Assembly: GCA_016788065.1 (NCBI GenBank)
Contig: JAEUTI010000008.1
Location: forward strand, 62,428 to 126,427
Source: Bacteroidia bacterium
GTDB lineage: Bacteria > Bacteroidota > Bacteroidia > AKYH767-A > OLB10
Direction of reading: 5' to 3'
Length of the DNA: 64,000 nucleotides
In this document: positions 59,531-64,000 of the stretch, piece by piece
Layout of the letters: the number at the start of each line of letters is the position of its first letter
How positions within the stretch are numbered: the first letter of the stretch is position 1
The notes under the pieces: model-generated
The model's database searches: none
What the model saw: only the letters and a program-made list of their open reading frames with translations
Told to the model about the DNA's origin: nothing
Translations under genes and position numbers: made by a program

Positions 59531-60613
59531 CTATGATTGCTGTTTGATGGGTTTCTTTTTTGCTTTTAACTTATCCTCTTCTCCTATGAGAAACCCAAAA
59601 GGACGTAATTGTTCAACGTTATCAAATATAACTTTTAGCATTCCAAGATATGGAATAAATAGCATCATACCGGCAACACCCCATAACATTCCTCCAAAGA
59701 GTAAAGCCAGCATGGTGGCAAGCGGGTTTATAGAAACTGCTGATCCTACAACTTTGGGCGTTATAAAATTGTTATCCAGAAACTGAACGAAAACGCATAC
59801 TCCAATGGCTCCAATTGCTACCCAGACCGAGTCTTTTGTCAGGAGTGCGATTATGACCGGAAAAATACTTCCTATTAAAACTCCGATGTACGGAATGATA
59901 TTTAACAAACCGGCAATCACGCCAAGCAAAATGGCATGTTTAATTCCAAGAATTAAGAATCCAATACTGTTCAGAACGGCCAATATGGAAATATCAATTA
60001 ATAGCCCAACTAAATATTTTTGTGATACCTGTGATGTTCTGTGCATCACATTTAATAACCATTCATGTTTATCCGGAGTGGTCATGTATTTCATGAAATC
60101 AATAAACTTGTGCCGGTAAAAAGTAAAGAAGAAGATGTAAATAGGAATAAGTGTTGCAGCTGCCAGAAAACTGCCCGTTGCAGAAAAAACATTGCCAAAG
60201 ATCTGTCCCCCGGATTGCATAACTCCAATCATTTGCTCTTCCAGCCAATCAATTTGACGCTGCTCACTTACATTAAAATTCTCTGCAATCATGTGCTGCA
60301 ACTCGGTGAATTTTTCCGTCAGCTTCTGGTTGAGAAGAGGAAGATCTTCTGAAAAAGACATGATTTGCGAACTAAGAAAGAATATTAATCCACCTAAAAC
60401 TATTATCATCAGTAAAATACTCATGATAATTGCTAATGTTGTGGGTATTTTTTTCGATTCCAGCCACCGGCTTACAGGCATCAGCAGAAAAGTTAATAAG
60501 ATCCCTAAACTGACAGGAATTAATATGCCACTCCCTGCCACCAAAATAAAAATAATCATGATAAAAAGCAGTACATACCCTGTGCCTTTAATGTATATTG
60601 GATAGTCTTTCAT
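59531..60613 (-). CDS. AI-2E family transporter (PerM/TqsA-like, UPF0118)
   Basis: About 8 TM segments with a C-terminal …LLFGGMLWGVAGMMLFIPYLGMLKVIFDNVEQLRPFGFLIGEE typical of the family. I prefer the internal start MKDYPIYIKGTG (about 60613), because the track start adds a non-membrane leader. Confidence 0.75.
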   Translation of the reverse strand: MKDYPIYIKGTGYVLLFIMIIFILVAGSGILIPVSLGILLTFLLMPVSRWLESKKIPTTLAIIMSILLMIIVLGGLIFFLSSQIMSFSEDLPLLNQKLTEKFTELQHMIAENFNVSEQRQIDWLEEQMIGVMQSGGQIFGNVFSATGSFLAAATLIPIYIFFFTFYRHKFIDFMKYMTTPDKHEWLLNVMHRTSQVSQKYLVGLLIDISILAVLNSIGFLILGIKHAILLGVIAGLLNIIPYIGVLIGSIFPVIIALLTKDSVWVAIGAIGVCVFVQFLDNNFITPKVVGSAVSINPLATMLALLFGGMLWGVAGMMLFIPYLGMLKVIFDNVEQLRPFGFLIGEEDKLKAKKKPIKQQS

Positions 60614-60939
60614 GGCCTGAGTTTGGAACGCCAAATGTAAGAAAAAGGCACATAAGGTTGTAAATAATTGAAAATTAATTAAATAGACATTTTGTGGTAT
60701 TTGACAAACAGTTGCTTTTTTTGGGTGAATGGCATCGGTTTTCAATGCAGTTCTTTTAATTTTGTAAATAATTAACAATCAATAAATACCCTGATTATCA
60801 GACATCAGATTTTCACCTCTGGAAAACGACTTAAAATCCGGTTCCAAAAGTGAAACCCTTATGTGCTTTTTTCGTTAATGTGAATAAGGTGAAATACGTC
60901 GTTTCATCAACCTTTAACCCATTTGATTACCATTGATAA

Positions 60940-63900
60940 ATGATTAAGCTTACCGCAACACAGTTGGAATTACTGGAAAAGTACAACCAAACGGATGTTG
61001 GTTTGCCTATGGATAAATGTCTGGTTCAGCTATTTGAAGAACAACTTGCGTTAACGCCACAATCAATTGCTGTGATCCATCAGGAACAGCAATTGACTTA
61101 TGAAGAGTTGAATGCCAGATCCAATCAGATTGCCAATTGGCTCATTGCTAATGGTGCCAAATCCAATCAATTGATAGGCCTTTGTGCGGAACGTTCAATT
61201 GATTTAGTAGCTGGTGTGTTAGGCATTTTAAAAGCAGGTGGAGCTTATGTTCCTTTTGATCCAACTTATCCTTCCGACAGGATTGCTTACATGATTTCAG
61301 AATCAGGTATTAATCTGGTTCTTTCTCAAAAGCAATTTGCAGATGTTTTCTCTGGTGTGAAAGCAACTGTTAAATTTCTGGATACAGAATGGAGTGATTT
61401 TGCAACATCAGGTAAAACCAATCCAAATATTAAAAATACTCCCGAAGACCTGGCATATGTGCTTTTTACTTCTGGTTCAACCGGGATGCCTAAAGGAGTA
61501 GGAATGGTTCATAAGGCTCTCATGAATCTTATTGCGTGGCAGAAAACAATTCCACATCTCGATAAACCCGCAAGAACACTTCAGTTTTCGCCAATCAGTT
61601 TTGATGTCTCCTTTCAGGAACTGTTTACTACCTGGACCACCGGTGGTACTTTAGTCCTCATTAATGATGAGATGAGACTGAATGCTATCAAGTTACTGGA
61701 ATTTATTCAGGAACACAAAATCGAAAGATTATTTCTGCCATTCATAGCTTTACAACATCTGGCCGAAGTGGCAGTTAACAGCAATATTTATCCCGCTTCA
61801 CTTACTGATGTTATTACTGCAGGTGAACAATTACAAATTACACGTGCTGTAAATTCTTTTTTCACCAAATTACCCGGTTGCCGTTTGCACAATCATTATG
61901 GGCCTACCGAAACTCATGTGGTGACTGCTTACACATTGAATGGAACACCTGATTCATGGCCAGCATTGCCGCCAATCGGAGCTCCCATTGCAAATACAAA
62001 AATTTATATTCTGGATGAAAAACTGATGCCAGTAGCTATTGGTGAACAAGGTGAACTGTATGTATCAGGATTTGCTCTTGCCAGCGGTTATATTAACAGA
62101 CCGGAACTTACTGCAGAAAGATTCTTATCAAGTCCGTTTGAAAATTCAGGTTTTTCCAGAATTTATAAAACAGGTGATTTAGGTAGATACTTGCCTGATG
62201 GCGCCATTGAATATCTGGGACGTGCAGACAACCAGGTTAAAGTCCGAGGTTACCGAATTGAATTAGGGGAAGTTGAAATTGCGATTTCTAAAAATACTGC
62301 CGTTGCTCAGGTAGCCGTAACAGTGCGAGAAGATGAACCTGGCGATAAACGACTGGTTGCATATATTGTTCCTTCGGAAAATTCGAGACTAACGGTAGCG
62401 GATATACGAAAAACTATTTCAGGAAATTTGCCTGAATACATGATGCCTTCTTCATTTGTTTTTCTAAATACTTTACCAAAAACCCCAAGTGGAAAAATTG
62501 ATCGTAAATCACTGCCAAAACCTGACGAGAAAAGACCGGAAATAGGCACGTTGTTTGTCCAGGCTTCGACGCCCGATGAAATTGCGATTTCCCGTTTATG
62601 GTCTAAATTATTGCGTATCGATAAAGTTGGAATTGATGATAATTTCTTCGATTTAGGTGGAAATTCATTGCTTGCACTTCAGTCAATAGCAATTCTCCGG
62701 CAGGAAAATGGAATGGATATTCCTGTTGTAAAATTATACCAGCAACCAACTATCAGAGGCTTGTTGAAAGCCCTGGCTGGAACAACAAATCAGCAATCGG
62801 TTTTCGATAAAGCTAAAGAACGATTTTCCAAAGATGAAAACACCAATGCATCCTCCGGAAAAACAGTTGAAGATGGCATTGCAATTATAGGTATGTCGGG
62901 TCGTTTTCCCGGAGCCGATACAGTAGATCAAATGTGGCAGAATCTTCTTGATGGAAAAGAAACTACATCATTTTTTAAAGATGATGAGATCGATCCTTTC
63001 ATCGATGCTTCCGTTAAAAATGACCCATACTATGTCAAAGCCAGAGGTGTTATCAGCAATGCCGATAAATTTGATGCCGGCTTTTTTGCAGTCAACCCAC
63101 GTTTGGCTGAATTAATGGACCCACAACAAAGAGTTTTTCTGGAAGTTTGTTGGGAAGCCCTTGAAAATTCAGGTTATACAGCTGCCTCTTACCCGGGCTT
63201 GATCGGCGTTTATGCCGGAATGGGAAATAATACATACTATACCAATAATGTTATTCATCATAAAGAAGCTATCGAAAGAGTTGGCTCTTTTCAGGTGATG
63301 GTGGCAAACGAAAAAGATTATATCGCTACCAGAATAAGTCACGTAATGAACTTAACTGGTCCCGGACTAAGCATCCATACTGCATGTTCTACTTCTCTGA
63401 CTGCTGTTGCAACTGCATGCCAGTCGTTGTGGAATAAGCAATGTGACATGGCCATTGCCGGTGGAATAGCAATTACCAGTCCGGTGAATAGCGGTCATAT
63501 TTATCAGGAAGGTGGAATGTTTTCTGAAGATGGTCACACCCGTTCCTTCGATGCAGGTGCCCGTGGCACTGTATTCAGTGATGGATCGGGAGTGGTGATA
63601 TTAAAAAGATATAAAGAGGCACTTGCTGATGGAGATACTATTTATGCGGTTATCAGAGGTGTCGGAGTCAATAATGATGGTTCTGAAAAAGCTAGTTTTA
63701 CTGCGCCATCTGTAGAGGGTCAGGCCAATGTTATTGCTATGGCTCAAGCGAGTGCAAATGTGTCTCCGGAATCTATTTCATATATTGAAACACACGGAAC
63801 AGCAACTCCTTTAGGAGATCCTATTGAAGTGGAAGCTTTAACTTTGGCATTTAGAGGTGGCACCGACAAAAAACAGTTTTGTGCAATTGGTTCTGTGAAA

Positions 63901-64000
63901 TCAAATTTCGGACATCTTACTGCAGCTGCCGGTGTTACGGGATTAATTAAAACAGCCCTTGCCCTTAAACATAAAATTATACCCGCTTCAATTCATTATA
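60940..64000 (+). CDS. Hybrid non-ribosomal peptide synthetase / polyketide synthase (A-T-KS…), 5' part, continuing beyond the window end
   Basis: Start MIKLTATQLELLEKYNQ at 60940, and the frame stays open to 64000. A-domain motifs: LTYEELNARS, LKAGGAYVPFDPTYPSDR, YVLFTSGSTGMPKGV, FDVSFQE, NHYGPTETHV, GELYVSGFALASGYINRPELTAERF, YKTGDLGRY…RADNQVKVRGYRIELGEVE, and LPKTPSGKIDRKSL. The PCP carries DNFFDLGGNSLLALQ. KS motifs: IAIIGMSGRFPGA, DPQQR, GPGLSIHTACSTSL, ETHGTATPLGDP, and GSVKSNFGHLTAAAG. It is absent from the ORF track because it is open-ended. Confidence 0.9.
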   Translation, partial: MIKLTATQLELLEKYNQTDVGLPMDKCLVQLFEEQLALTPQSIAVIHQEQQLTYEELNARSNQIANWLIANGAKSNQLIGLCAERSIDLVAGVLGILKAGGAYVPFDPTYPSDRIAYMISESGINLVLSQKQFADVFSGVKATVKFLDTEWSDFATSGKTNPNIKNTPEDLAYVLFTSGSTGMPKGVGMVHKALMNLIAWQKTIPHLDKPARTLQFSPISFDVSFQELFTTWTTGGTLVLINDEMRLNAIKLLEFIQEHKIERLFLPFIALQHLAEVAVNSNIYPASLTDVITAGEQLQITRAVNSFFTKLPGCRLHNHYGPTETHVVTAYTLNGTPDSWPALPPIGAPIANTKIYILDEKLMPVAIGEQGELYVSGFALASGYINRPELTAERFLSSPFENSGFSRIYKTGDLGRYLPDGAIEYLGRADNQVKVRGYRIELGEVEIAISKNTAVAQVAVTVREDEPGDKRLVAYIVPSENSRLTVADIRKTISGNLPEYMMPSSFVFLNTLPKTPSGKIDRKSLPKPDEKRPEIGTLFVQASTPDEIAISRLWSKLLRIDKVGIDDNFFDLGGNSLLALQSIAILRQENGMDIPVVKLYQQPTIRGLLKALAGTTNQQSVFDKAKERFSKDENTNASSGKTVEDGIAIIGMSGRFPGADTVDQMWQNLLDGKETTSFFKDDEIDPFIDASVKNDPYYVKARGVISNADKFDAGFFAVNPRLAELMDPQQRVFLEVCWEALENSGYTAASYPGLIGVYAGMGNNTYYTNNVIHHKEAIERVGSFQVMVANEKDYIATRISHVMNLTGPGLSIHTACSTSLTAVATACQSLWNKQCDMAIAGGIAITSPVNSGHIYQEGGMFSEDGHTRSFDAGARGTVFSDGSGVVILKRYKEALADGDTIYAVIRGVGVNNDGSEKASFTAPSVEGQANVIAMAQASANVSPESISYIETHGTATPLGDPIEVEALTLAFRGGTDKKQFCAIGSVKSNFGHLTAAAGVTGLIKTALALKHKIIPASIHY

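Overview
This 64 kb window reads as Bacteroidota chromosome with ordinary gene density on both strands. I saw no IS elements, no CRISPR array and no rRNA. Four housekeeping blocks anchor it: smc; greA / HIT / ruvC; tRNA-Leu / tig / clpP / clpX / folA / thyA / uvrD-like / DUF4290 / murA / grpE / dnaJ; and alaS. Between these blocks sit accessory and cell-surface genes that point to a gliding, T9SS-bearing lineage. (1) A giant SprB-repeat adhesin with a type-A T9SS C-terminal domain is split by a single in-frame TGA at a conserved Cys codon. (2) A three-gene unit encodes a 1240-aa TonB-dependent receptor, a 1369-aa secreted protein whose C-terminus looks like the type-B (SprB-type) T9SS sorting domain, and a FadL-like PorP/SprF-family outer-membrane protein, and it ends in a strong terminator. 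(3) An IpaH/YopM-style leucine-rich-repeat protein with a type-A CTD lies next to an ECF sigma and a candidate anti-sigma gene. (4) A TlpA-like thiol-disulfide oxidoreductase lipoprotein is translationally coupled to a lipoprotein that fuses a cytochrome c domain (CxxCH) to a PHM/DBH-like copper monooxygenase domain. (5) A perfect heptanucleotide microsatellite (ATCCTTA, about 9 copies) fills the spacer just upstream of a sigma-54 activator that lacks a DNA-binding domain and carries a variant GAFTGA motif. (6) A hybrid NRPS-PKS megasynthase (A-T-KS…) starts at the 3' end and runs off the window. Coordinates follow the supplied ORF track, whose ends include the stop codon. Internal-start refinements are inferred from signal-peptide or homology logic and may be off by one codon.
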